Below, piece by piece: positions 53,601 to 60,736 of a stretch of DNA of 64,000 nucleotides. The stretch lies in the IMG/VR virus record IMGVR_UViG_3300045993_001028. The stretch is one strand, 5' to 3'. The translations under genes were made by a program, and so were the position numbers. The stretch's first letter is position 1, and each line of letters begins with the position of its first letter. The notes under the pieces are model-generated. The model was not told where the DNA came from and did not search any database. It saw only the letters and a program-made list of their open reading frames with translations. The stretch comes from a virus.

Positions 53601-55393
53601 ACCTGGGGCGCCAGAGCGTGGACGACCTCGGCGAGGGCATCACCCTCGAGCGCCGCCGCGCCATCATCCGGGCGGTCAACGCGATCCCCGCCGAAGAGCG
53701 ACCGCTGCTGATCGCCTCGTCGGTCATGCCGATGACCGGCGCCGTCGAGGGCTTCCCGCTTCGCACGACCACGGAACAGAGCCTATCCAATCCGCGCAAC
53801 GAGGTCGCCGGCGGCCCGCTGCGGCGGCAGATCGCCGCGGCCCGCGCCGGGTCGTCGACCGCGACGCCTGCGCTCGCCGAGGGCGACGACTTCGCGGCCC
53901 GCGCCGCGCTGCTCGAGCTCGACACGCCGCGGCGGCGCGACGAGTGGGGCGCGGCCGGGCAGCCCGCCGGCCCGCCGACGCCGGTCTACCTCGACACCCA
54001 CCAGCACGATCGCAGCATCGCGCTCGCGCGGACGATGCCGGTCGGCACCCGGGTGCAGACGATCACGCCCGTCCCCGTCACGGTGAAGGTCGACCAGGGT
54101 GAGATGTACGGGCCCTACGAGCGCCCCGAGGAGATCGTCTCGCTCCCCCGTGGCGCGGTCGGGCGGGTGTCGGAAAACCACATCATCGACGAGCCGACGC
54201 CGCACCACAGCCACCTGTTTGTCGTCACGTTCGACCGCCCCTACCATGGCAACACCGATCGCCTGGCGTGGGCCGCGGTCGACGATGAGGTCACGGGCCC
54301 GCGCGTTCGCTACGACAGCCTCCCGTACCAGATCGGTCCGGCAGGCGAGCTCGAGGAGCGGATCGCGGTGCTCGAGTTCGAGCCGCCGCGCGACCCGCGC
54401 TCGCTCTCGCCCGAGGACCGCACCGAGGCGTTCCTCAAGCTGGTCGAGCCCGGCTCGCGCGTCGAGACGAAGAAGAAGCTGGTCCGCGGCCGGGACATCC
54501 GCCACGACTTCCGCGCCGGCGCGATCTCGTCGTTCCCCGCCCACACCACCGGCGTGGTGACCATCAAGACCCCCTACCGCTTCGCGATCGAGCTCGACAA
54601 CGGCGCGATGCTGGAGTGGGGCCCCCTCGAACGTGAGAGGATCGGCGATGCCCTGGACATCGAGTCGGAAGGAGCCGTGCGCGCCCGTATGATCGAAAAC
54701 CCTCCCTGGACCACCCAGCTCCTCGCCAAACACCTCGAGAAGCTCGAGGAAGAGTGCCCGTCGAAGTGGCTGCCGAAGCTCAAGCACGTCCACAGCCACT
54801 ACAGCAACGTCATCGGCAAGTACCGGGAGTACGGCTGCGGCGCCTACGGCTGCGTCTTCCCGACGCTCGACAAGGACGTCGTGCTCAAGGTCACGACCGA
54901 CGACAGCGAGTTCGAGTTCGCGAACGACATCAACGGTGACCTGCCGGTCGCCGTCTGCGTCGACTACCACCTCGTCGCCGAGCTCCCCGAGAAGCACAAG
55001 GGATCGAAGGTCTACCTACTGTGGCGCGACAGCGCCGACCGCGTCGGCGAGCTCGACAAGGTGATCAGCGAGGCCGGGCGTGACGGCGACGCCGCCGAGG
55101 CCGCGGTCACCGCGCAGCACGCCGCCGCCCAGGACGCGACGAACATGATCTGGGCGAAGAAGGACGCGACGTCGCAGATCGAGGCCTGGAAGGTCAAGTG
55201 CCGTGAGATGGGAGCCCGGGTGCCCGAGCTACGGGAGCTCGCCGACGGGCTCCTGCGGAACCTCGAGGAGGCCGGCGTCTTCTTCGGCGACATTCACGGC
55301 GGCAACATCGGGCGCGTCAACGGGCGCTGGCTGATCGTCGACCCGGGCAACATCAGCGTGTTCCCCCGCGAGAAACGGTGGAAGTCGAAGTAG
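47651..55393 (+). CDS. 2580-aa polyvalent protein with degenerate AAA+-like segment and C-terminal protein-kinase-like domain
   Basis: Continuous codon bias; ESARGGVLFLPH (~53570-53600); GCGAYG, VVLKV, GDIHGGN, IVDPG (~54830-55350). Confidence 0.85.
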   Translation: MRRAMIPNPPPRNARYIIRRQGEADSHEFRSLPDAIEIARDDGSEDGGDIWMYPAGWPDGAVLIASYGHDDDITTIEIRRPDDIKPADLRELAANGDTSVVMPGGQPYAPPARRTRAAAAPTGARRLTRAEMTAVINRRISLVDAIVGALAAADLPVDSVPRRKRFAARPNRRTGLVHVDLEISIPGNTLVVKLAFERNSSTYTPTVTWAGDDDEDVEMPMLASLGDVARIVSAVQRARDAAAHGAQMEALEAPERTGSPEATPITPTMLRHIRNRMSAASAFYERETDHDTEEGDIILGSAIDELHTALAGEFTHLTFPDVEIEHDNWVWTTIDQGGRITRVVNTHHAAGGYGMLPREFYLRVENDGSSSFHRADPGGADASDAGRWSGTEGMNMVGTSNDLEELIARLRNDRDMLEAGAARVQRAIDSVTPAAWAIGREIGAPEPADPTINDRELLDLIDSLGFTRPEGDRMSIRRNGQRGRLTINISDENEHRYRIRWEGVAGIYVGHVCTGDDVQRIGVWLRSIANLTPPHSIYEQRFHEDELRVMIEAKLPPGAHLGPWIEANNRAGTTKARIYRGSAPGSSNAEIDVHIEWSQPVNNVYPGTIIWPTQIGFTTAGHTPGIGDEDDWDLLETIDADDGETLGECLDGILDGVDIGRKLDAASTSFNRELILERLRMLDGEIDCFDTTPDMTHWYGTAPFSSHFAITLRGGVPRSIRIETSFEPITGEVVGVTARVYTISDGTLLASPTIAPPNLGTDGYCAYIVAWVRGLATGGTAGATAAVASFVPRADGSASVIEAVRESFATTVADPTPRVVPPAARSFLSNVEDRDGWRDFGLTTVGSKALLRIGTRNYWFWWRDDEVHIGQGPVSPRQPAVEELYVTAEWGGAEDAALQVADGLVSNGGGDVRGAALTASAGSGLVRQGAGAAPPADAIAEVRASLARLGIRLLNGAPDADGAVRFHNGMLVRAPAGSRSTRRPGFTEITPQPDGSFQVAVLSDDGTTLVPSSLPSVATVVGLIEALRNTARPSGDQEFDAQLDRGGLFFQWLLAADVGSRDPTDHTAGVMGLRDLLCPHDDGAVGVTRHRTTQDGKVVQLRCDFPTRVDLSINYPPGAPAQILMQSYDVPQWGGSPSVSRTSHDITPDFLDAVRAVLANDLAAYRAAAGRVANAAAYPAAPPVTSTPAPPAGDGIPAHLVDRRSDLELDLELLEAWVGETSGAVTLRVIERTATRATVYLGTENGFLQVTRRSDATLWTGIEGRHGEERSDELDNADDDGVSFRNLAAMLYHLTHRTMRHRDQFPTVPLTASNANRAMRASFPLPEIRLEGLPGRLLPQAVVEVLEDLNFPVVPNDHGTSSNVGSFDVYVTAPGSTAPRGWVNLRTTANGISLSTINGVTEVSEATLPEYLVRVQRGEAALRRPLGMHFAGALDQFLLRNDLYLAPPVDNNARRRTGDMTPLRDVYRLVRPDGTATGVEITKIDDNLFTLYMDGALRGNRAFFSPDESYHSRVHSRGDAFAAIERFLAGGGNEAPDVAAPRQVTGLVQGASMAPIQPFLTFAERAGVNINDLRRLLVTTNAHPSPNHPTRDFDRDGGDLLADITIALAMPLTPGGPSEEVMISPQQRRRSFCIYGAHRGEQHVHATDLVAWLEARGVTGRARTAPAAPAGPPPRRRQMASAAPLMARVSEEYGLSFRQLLLDAIPGAWYYPDDNELAFPISGNREASLVFDEGYDPERRVLTRSGAFSIFTQDGDTLLSGADLGTTLRELRLLTGARAPAPTVTAAAPRPAEAAQRDALAELAAASRQTPMSRLSPNHQYPTIFESQANFEAHPSGNRVTFQIGAERITVNVEHDSAAVRVGRPRYRVDAPYGSGFSGSFLTAEEMLEHLRLPRFPGEEAAVPDVLDMPRINEPLLGALVDALSTRRNLFVHAPNLRGAPTWLARIAARLLGPNVPAVLLSGRQSEDNWNIESARGGVLFLPHLGRQSVDDLGEGITLERRRAIIRAVNAIPAEERPLLIASSVMPMTGAVEGFPLRTTTEQSLSNPRNEVAGGPLRRQIAAARAGSSTATPALAEGDDFAARAALLELDTPRRRDEWGAAGQPAGPPTPVYLDTHQHDRSIALARTMPVGTRVQTITPVPVTVKVDQGEMYGPYERPEEIVSLPRGAVGRVSENHIIDEPTPHHSHLFVVTFDRPYHGNTDRLAWAAVDDEVTGPRVRYDSLPYQIGPAGELEERIAVLEFEPPRDPRSLSPEDRTEAFLKLVEPGSRVETKKKLVRGRDIRHDFRAGAISSFPAHTTGVVTIKTPYRFAIELDNGAMLEWGPLERERIGDALDIESEGAVRARMIENPPWTTQLLAKHLEKLEEECPSKWLPKLKHVHSHYSNVIGKYREYGCGAYGCVFPTLDKDVVLKVTTDDSEFEFANDINGDLPVAVCVDYHLVAELPEKHKGSKVYLLWRDSADRVGELDKVISEAGRDGDAAEAAVTAQHAAAQDATNMIWAKKDATSQIEAWKVKCREMGARVPELRELADGLLRNLEEAGVFFGDIHGGNIGRVNGRWLIVDPGNISVFPREKRWKSK

Positions 55394-55837
55394 CCTGAGA
55401 CGCGCCTGGTAGTTCCTGTCGCTGCGCGCTTTTGCGACCTTCCAACAGATCCGGCAGCGACGGCGCGGCAGGTCCCATGGCACGAGGTTTCCCTCGACAA
55501 GAGGGTGCCCGAGTAGGCACGTCGTCTTCATCGCGTTAACCGCCGCCGGGCCAATGCCGCGGCGGGTGTTCTCTCCGCTCGTCACCACCTCCAGGTGCAT
55601 GGCGTTGCAGCATCGACGGTTCCGGCACAGATGATCGATCGTCATGCCGGCCGGGATCTCGACCTCGAGAGCCTTTACGAGACGATGCGGCAACCGGTTC
55701 TTTCCGTCGAACCAGAACGACCCATACCCCGTGTTCAGGATACAGGCGGTCCACAGCCAGCACCCGCTCGCCTCCTCGACGCGCACCTTAGCCCAGAACC
55801 GCGGCGGCAGCCGCGGGTCGCCGAACGCCACGCTCAC
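55229..55837 (-). CDS. HNH endonuclease
   Basis: RFWAKV..GCWLW..GYG..HRL..DHLCRNRRCCNAMHLEVVT..EN. Confidence 0.9.
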   Translation of the reverse strand: MSVAFGDPRLPPRFWAKVRVEEASGCWLWTACILNTGYGSFWFDGKNRLPHRLVKALEVEIPAGMTIDHLCRNRRCCNAMHLEVVTSGENTRRGIGPAAVNAMKTTCLLGHPLVEGNLVPWDLPRRRCRICWKVAKARSDRNYQARLRLLRLPPFLAGEHADVARVDDQPAPVDAPDVAAVNVAEEDAGLLEVPQEPVGELP

Positions 55838-56943
55838 GGCTCGCGGGCCTCGTGCGCGGCGGCGGCGGCCGGCGTCTCGACCGCGCTCTCGACGGTCACC
55901 GGGCCCGGCGCAGCGGCGGGCTGCTTCTTCAGCTTATCCTTGACCGCGGCCGTCCCCTTCGCCGGCTTCGCGTCCGCCGGCAGGACACCGCGCTCGCCGT
56001 TGCGGACGTCCATGACCTGGGCCCACGTCGCCTCGCCGTCGCGCATGGCGACGCCGACGCCGCGGAGCATGTTGAACTCGGCCGCCGTCATCGTCTCGAC
56101 CGGGCGGCCGAGCCAGATGCCGATCTGCACCGGCGTCACGCCCAGGCGCGCGAACCCGTCGAGCAGGGTGTTCCGAGCCGCGGCCGGGTCCTTCGCGTCC
56201 TTGTCCGCGAGCGTCGCGCGGCAGAGCTCGAGGGCCTCGTCCTGCAGGTCGCCGGGGATCACCCGGAGGATGCAGGTCCGCAGGGCCTTGCTGACGAGGG
56301 CGCCCTGCTTGTTGAGCAGGTCGTCCTCGGTCGCCTCGACGAGGAACACCTGATCCCCGTAGCTGTTCGTCCGCTGCGCGATCGGCACCTGGCCGCGCTT
56401 CAGGAACTTCCGCTCGACGACCTTCTCCATGGCGATGTCGGTCGACCACGGGTTGTTGCTCTCGAGGTCGACGACGGTCACTCGGACGGTGCGCGTGTGG
56501 GCGTCGTCGTAGATGATCGTCGACTCCGACGACAGGTTGCCGTAGGCGCGGGCGGCGGCCTCGGCGAAGCGGATCGACAGGCCCTCGATCGTCTTGTCGC
56601 CGCCGATCGGCTTGGCGAAGATCGCGGCGTCGGCGAACCCGGGCCGGCGGCACTCGGCGAGCAGCACCTGGCGGACCTGGGCGAGGTTCCGCGGCCGGTG
56701 GAGCGCCATCAGGTAGCGGCTCTCGATCTCGGCCTTGGCCTTGGCGACCAGCGCCGCGGTCGCGGCGCCCTCGCGCGTCGAGGTGACGCCGGTGAAGGTC
56801 ATCGCCTGCCCGCCGGCGTATCCGGAGCCGGCGACGGTGCCGCCGATCTGCGGCGCGCTCGCGTTCAACGCGACCTGCTGCGTGACGGTTCCATGGTTGG
56901 TGGCGAACAGGGAGGGGTGGAGGGGCTGCTGCTCGTTCGACAT
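55834..56943 (-). CDS. Putative single-strand annealing (RecT/Redbeta-like) protein
   Basis: Directly downstream of YqaJ; LHRPRN..ECRRP.FAD.A..GLSIRFAEAAAR.YGN; function inferred from context. Confidence 0.6.
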   Translation of the reverse strand: MSNEQQPLHPSLFATNHGTVTQQVALNASAPQIGGTVAGSGYAGGQAMTFTGVTSTREGAATAALVAKAKAEIESRYLMALHRPRNLAQVRQVLLAECRRPGFADAAIFAKPIGGDKTIEGLSIRFAEAAARAYGNLSSESTIIYDDAHTRTVRVTVVDLESNNPWSTDIAMEKVVERKFLKRGQVPIAQRTNSYGDQVFLVEATEDDLLNKQGALVSKALRTCILRVIPGDLQDEALELCRATLADKDAKDPAAARNTLLDGFARLGVTPVQIGIWLGRPVETMTAAEFNMLRGVGVAMRDGEATWAQVMDVRNGERGVLPADAKPAKGTAAVKDKLKKQPAAAPGPVTVESAVETPAAAAAHEAREP

Positions 56944-57951
56944 CTAGTTCTCCTTCTTGGTCCAGGTGCGGGGCACGCAGAACATCCGCGGGCCGGGGGT
57001 GACGGTGGTGGTGAAAGCCTCGAGGAAGTAGTCCTCGAGCTTCTGATCGAGATCGTAGGCGAGGCTGCGAGCGAGCCGCTCCCAGTCGACCCTGCTGCGG
57101 TCGGCCGTCGTCTTCCAGGTGATGGTCTGCGGCTTGCCGTCCTCGTCCTTGAACGAGATCCCGGCGGCGTCGCCGATCGACAGCTTGAGCCGCTGCTCCA
57201 GCTTGGCGCGAACCTCCTCGAGCCCGGCGACGGTCTGCCGCACGACGCGCAGCGCGGTCGCCGCCGTGACCTCATCCTCGGTCGCCTCGCGCATGGCGAG
57301 CTTGCTCTGTGGATAGCGTGTGGACAAGTAGGCGGCGAACTGCTCGGTGCCGTCGGGGTCCGGCGGCTCGCCCGCGTCGAGCGCGGCGCGGAACGCCTCG
57401 GCGTGCCCGACCAGGGCATCGATGAGGTCGTCGTCGCGCTCGATGACGTAGTCGGTCGGCTGGCCGTCGATGAACGAGACGAGGTCCCACCGCGAGAGGC
57501 CGGTGACGTGCATGTTCCACACGCACTGGACGAGCTCGTGCGCGGGCACCTCGTCGCTGCCCGGCGCGCCGTAGAGGTGCGCCATCCGGATGCTGTGGGT
57601 CTTGATCTCGAGCCCGTGCGACGGGAAGATGTTCGTGCCGGCGGACTTCCCGGGCTTCATGACGATCCCGTCCGGCGTCGCCATGGCCCACGAGCAGCCC
57701 AGCTTCACCAGCGTGCCGACCTCGCGAACCTCGGCGAACTCCGGGTGGCGCGTCAGGTAGTCGGCGCGGATGACGGGCTCGAGGAGGTTGCCCCAGCGCA
57801 CGCGCTCGTTCTCGACGAACGGCAGCGCCTGGTCGCGCTTCTCGAGGAAGACGTTGATGGCGGACTTGTAGGGGTGCGAGCCGCAGATCGCCGCGATGTC
57901 CGTCGCGGTGATGCCGCCCTTGCGGAGCGCGAGCTGTTTGTCGGTGAGCAT
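56944..57951 (-). CDS. YqaJ/lambda-exonuclease family nuclease
   Basis: RKGGITATDIAAI, GNLLEP, ATPDG, LEIKT, QCVWNM. Confidence 0.9.
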   Translation of the reverse strand: MLTDKQLALRKGGITATDIAAICGSHPYKSAINVFLEKRDQALPFVENERVRWGNLLEPVIRADYLTRHPEFAEVREVGTLVKLGCSWAMATPDGIVMKPGKSAGTNIFPSHGLEIKTHSIRMAHLYGAPGSDEVPAHELVQCVWNMHVTGLSRWDLVSFIDGQPTDYVIERDDDLIDALVGHAEAFRAALDAGEPPDPDGTEQFAAYLSTRYPQSKLAMREATEDEVTAATALRVVRQTVAGLEEVRAKLEQRLKLSIGDAAGISFKDEDGKPQTITWKTTADRSRVDWERLARSLAYDLDQKLEDYFLEAFTTTVTPGPRMFCVPRTWTKKEN

Positions 57952-57957
57952 GCGCGG

Positions 57958-58011
57958 ACCCTAGCAGGGGGGGCTGACAAGTTGACAGAGATCGTCCGTA
58001 TCTGCTACGGC
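57958..58011. promoter_or_regulatory. Divergent promoter region between YqaJ and HTH genes
   Basis: Minus TGcTAGGGT-6nt-ATG57951; plus TTGACA(57982)-N18-TACGGC-7nt-ATG58019. Confidence 0.6.
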
Positions 58012-58018
58012 TGGTCGC

Positions 58019-58249
58019 ATGCCCAAACGAAGAACCTTCAACCGTCACCGTCAGCGCAAGCCGCTCGCCGCTCGCCTCAAGGCGGCGCGGATCGCCTCCG
58101 GCCTCACGATCGTCCACGTCGCCGAGGTGCTCGGGATCGACCGGATGATCTGGTCCCGGGTCGAGAAGGGCACCGCGTCCGTCCCCGCCGAGCGCCTGCG
58201 CGAGATCGGCCACATGTTCAGGATCGATCCGGGGAGCCTGATCGGATGA
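58019..58249 (+). CDS. XRE/Cro-like HTH regulator
   Basis: RLKAARIASGLTIVHVAEVLGIDR..SRVEKG. Confidence 0.85.
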   Translation: MPKRRTFNRHRQRKPLAARLKAARIASGLTIVHVAEVLGIDRMIWSRVEKGTASVPAERLREIGHMFRIDPGSLIG

Positions 58250-58536
58250 TGCACCGCTGCCCCAACCTGCGCGCGCTCGCCGCCGATCTCGCCGAGTGCG
58301 CCGAGGAGAACCTCGAGGAACACCTCGCCGAGCAGGAGGAGCTCGCCGCCGCCGCCAGGCACGCCTCGGGCGCGTGCGGGCGCGACCTGAGTACGTGCGC
58401 CTACTGCGTCCACATCAACCGCGTGCAGTTCGGCTTCGAGTGCGACGAGGACTGCCCGGCCTGCGAGCTCATGGACGACAACGGGCTCGACTGCGGATTC
58501 CCCGAGCCCGACGCCAACACCTCGACGGAGGGCTAG
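58246..58536 (+). CDS. Cys-rich hypothetical protein
   Basis: CAYC..CDEDCPAC; ATGA coupling. Confidence 0.65.
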   Translation: MMHRCPNLRALAADLAECAEENLEEHLAEQEELAAAARHASGACGRDLSTCAYCVHINRVQFGFECDEDCPACELMDDNGLDCGFPEPDANTSTEG

Positions 58537-59745
58537 ATGGACTGGTCCAACGAGCGGTACGTCCGCGTCTACACCAGGGACACCACGTCGTGGCTCGTCC
58601 TGACGTGGGAGGCGCGGGCGCTGTTGCTGATGATGATCCGCAAGGCCGATCGCAGCGGCGTGATCGACGTCGGCGAGGACGGAACGGACGGGCTCGCGGT
58701 GGTCGTCGGGATGCCGCCGGAGGTCGTCGAAACCGCGGTCGCGCAGCTCCTGAAGCGGGGCACGGTGACCCAGACCGAGGTGTCCTACATCCTCCCCAAC
58801 TTCTTGGAGGCGCAGGAGGCCAAGGCCACCGATCGGCAGCGGCAGAAGGAACTGAGGGAGCGTCGGCGGGTGGACGTCACGCGCGGTCACACGGCGTCAC
58901 ACGACGTCACGCCGCGTCACGCGGTGTCACACGGCGTCACGGACGGTCACGCGGTGTCACACGAAGAGGGTGAACCGTCACGCGGCGTGACGAAACCGTC
59001 ACTCGCTGTCACACGGCGTCACGCGGTGTCACACGGTGTCACTCCTAGCCTAGCCAAGCCTTTCTTAGGAGACACTGACGCCACTGGTCCGACCGGTGGG
59101 TCGGTTGTCAGGGCGTCTCCGGAGCTTCCGGATCTCCGGAGTGGATCTCCCGGGAGATCCACGGGGTCGGGGTGGTCAGACCAGCCGGAAATGCACCAGG
59201 ATGAGCCAGGAGGCGCGCGGAGGGGTGACCCCGCACCCGCGCGAGGGGTTGACCCCGAAGTCGCTGCCACGGGCAAGCTGGACCCCGTTTCGGCGGTGTC
59301 AGCCACCGTCCTGGTGGACAAGGATCTCCGGATGGTCGCGGTTGGGTTGTGGCAGTACGCCGCAGGCCAGCACACGGCCGTCCGGTCGGAGGTCGAACCA
59401 ATCTGCATCCCGTGGCCGGCGAACCCGAGCGGTGAGCCGTGGCGGGATCTGCAGGCGCGCGTCCGCGAGCTCGCGGAGGGCCAGGAGCAGCGCGACATCG
59501 CGGCGCTCGAGGTCGCCGGTCGCCGGCGCGTCGACGTCGCGATGGCCGAGGCGCGGCGGGACCGCTCGATGAAGTTCACGTCGCCGTCGGCGATGTGGTC
59601 GTCGCGCTCGTTCGCCGTCGCCGTCGGGATGACCCCGGAGCAGGCGAGTAAGCCGCGGCGCAAAGCGGCGCAGGCGGCAGGAACCAACTTCGACGACGCC
59701 GTGGACGCGGCGCTCGCCGACCTGAAGCGAGGAGGTGGAGCATGA
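58537..59745 (+). CDS. Phage replication initiator (replisome organiser-like)
   Basis: YVRVYTRDT..WEARALL wHTH-like N-term, RQRQKELRERR linker, internal repeat array, helicase-loader gene downstream. Confidence 0.75.
   Translation: MDWSNERYVRVYTRDTTSWLVLTWEARALLLMMIRKADRSGVIDVGEDGTDGLAVVVGMPPEVVETAVAQLLKRGTVTQTEVSYILPNFLEAQEAKATDRQRQKELRERRRVDVTRGHTASHDVTPRHAVSHGVTDGHAVSHEEGEPSRGVTKPSLAVTRRHAVSHGVTPSLAKPFLGDTDATGPTGGSVVRASPELPDLRSGSPGRSTGSGWSDQPEMHQDEPGGARRGDPAPARGVDPEVAATGKLDPVSAVSATVLVDKDLRMVAVGLWQYAAGQHTAVRSEVEPICIPWPANPSGEPWRDLQARVRELAEGQEQRDIAALEVAGRRRVDVAMAEARRDRSMKFTSPSAMWSSRSFAVAVGMTPEQASKPRRKAAQAAGTNFDDAVDAALADLKRGGGA
58871..59042 (+). repeat. 10-bp-period GTCAC array (candidate iteron origin)
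   Basis: GTCAC ends at 58880-58960 every 10 bp (9x), at 58981, and at 59002-59042 every 10 bp (5x); one inverted GTGAC at 58987-58991. Confidence 0.9.
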
Positions 59746-60167
59746 GCGACGAGAAGGTGCGCGAGCAAACGGCCGACTACAAGGGCGACGCCACGCCTGA
59801 AACGATCGCGGTCAACTGCGCGACGTGGCGCGGTCGCGCCGAGCGCGCCGAGGCCAAGTTGGCCGAGGCTCTCGCCAGGATCACGCGAGTCGAGGAGGAG
59901 TCCGGTAGGTGGTATCAGCGGATGCAGAACGCCGACGGGTTCCTCGCTGTTTCAGACAAGTACCGGCTGATCGCCGAGGCCAAGCTGGCCGAGGTGACCG
60001 CGACGCTCAAGATGGAGCGGCTGCGCTACGCGATGGAGGGCATGTTCGACGACGAGGTTGAGGCCGCCTCCGACGAGGAACTCCGCGCCGAACTGGAGGC
60101 CGACGGCGTCAACGTCGACGCCTTCGTCCTCGACGTCAAAATCTTCGACATGAAGGAGGGAGCATGA
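59742..60167 (+). CDS. Coiled-coil hypothetical protein
   Basis: GGAG SD, ATGA coupling. Confidence 0.65.
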   Translation: MSDEKVREQTADYKGDATPETIAVNCATWRGRAERAEAKLAEALARITRVEEESGRWYQRMQNADGFLAVSDKYRLIAEAKLAEVTATLKMERLRYAMEGMFDDEVEAASDEELRAELEADGVNVDAFVLDVKIFDMKEGA

Positions 60168-60736
60168 ACATCACCTGCAAGTGCGGCGAGGAGATCGTCG
60201 AGAACATCTGCTGCGCCTGTGGCTGCGGCGAGAAGCTCGACGACGACGGCGGGTGCTACGGCCGGCACGTCGCCGACGATCTCCGCGCCAGCCTCCGCGT
60301 GGCCGAGGAGGTGCGCGACGGGGCGCAGGCGGCGAGCAACCGGAGTCTTGAGGCGAAGCGCGACGCCGAGGAGATGGCGCGCGCCACGGAGCTGCGTGCG
60401 ACACGCGCCGAGGCCGCGCGAGACGAGGCCACCGGCGACGTCGAGCTGTGGAAGGGTCGGCTGGAGGCGTCGGAGCGCCTCCGCGGCAAGCTGCTCGCGG
60501 AGCGCGACCTCGAGTGCGGCATGCGGGTGAACACCGAGGGGCAGCGCGACCTCTACCGCAAGAGCGAGCTCGAACTCCGGCACCGGCTCGACGAAGTCGG
60601 CGACGTGCTCGGGGACAACTGGTGCGACTGCGAGTGCCGATGCACGATGGACGGCGACCCGCATGGCGCCGACTGCGAGCCGTGCCTCGCCTGCAAGATC
60701 GAGGCGACCGGGTGGCCGAAGGGACCGAAGTCATGA
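60164..60736 (+). CDS. Cys-rich/coiled-coil hypothetical protein
   Basis: CKC..CCACGC..C; CDCEC..CEPCLAC. Confidence 0.7.
   Translation: MNITCKCGEEIVENICCACGCGEKLDDDGGCYGRHVADDLRASLRVAEEVRDGAQAASNRSLEAKRDAEEMARATELRATRAEAARDEATGDVELWKGRLEASERLRGKLLAERDLECGMRVNTEGQRDLYRKSELELRHRLDEVGDVLGDNWCDCECRCTMDGDPHGADCEPCLACKIEATGWPKGPKS

Noticed and set aside
58871-59042. Possible CRISPR array
   Set aside because: 10-bp period with a 5-bp conserved core, inside a CDS, no 25-45-bp spacers and no cas genes
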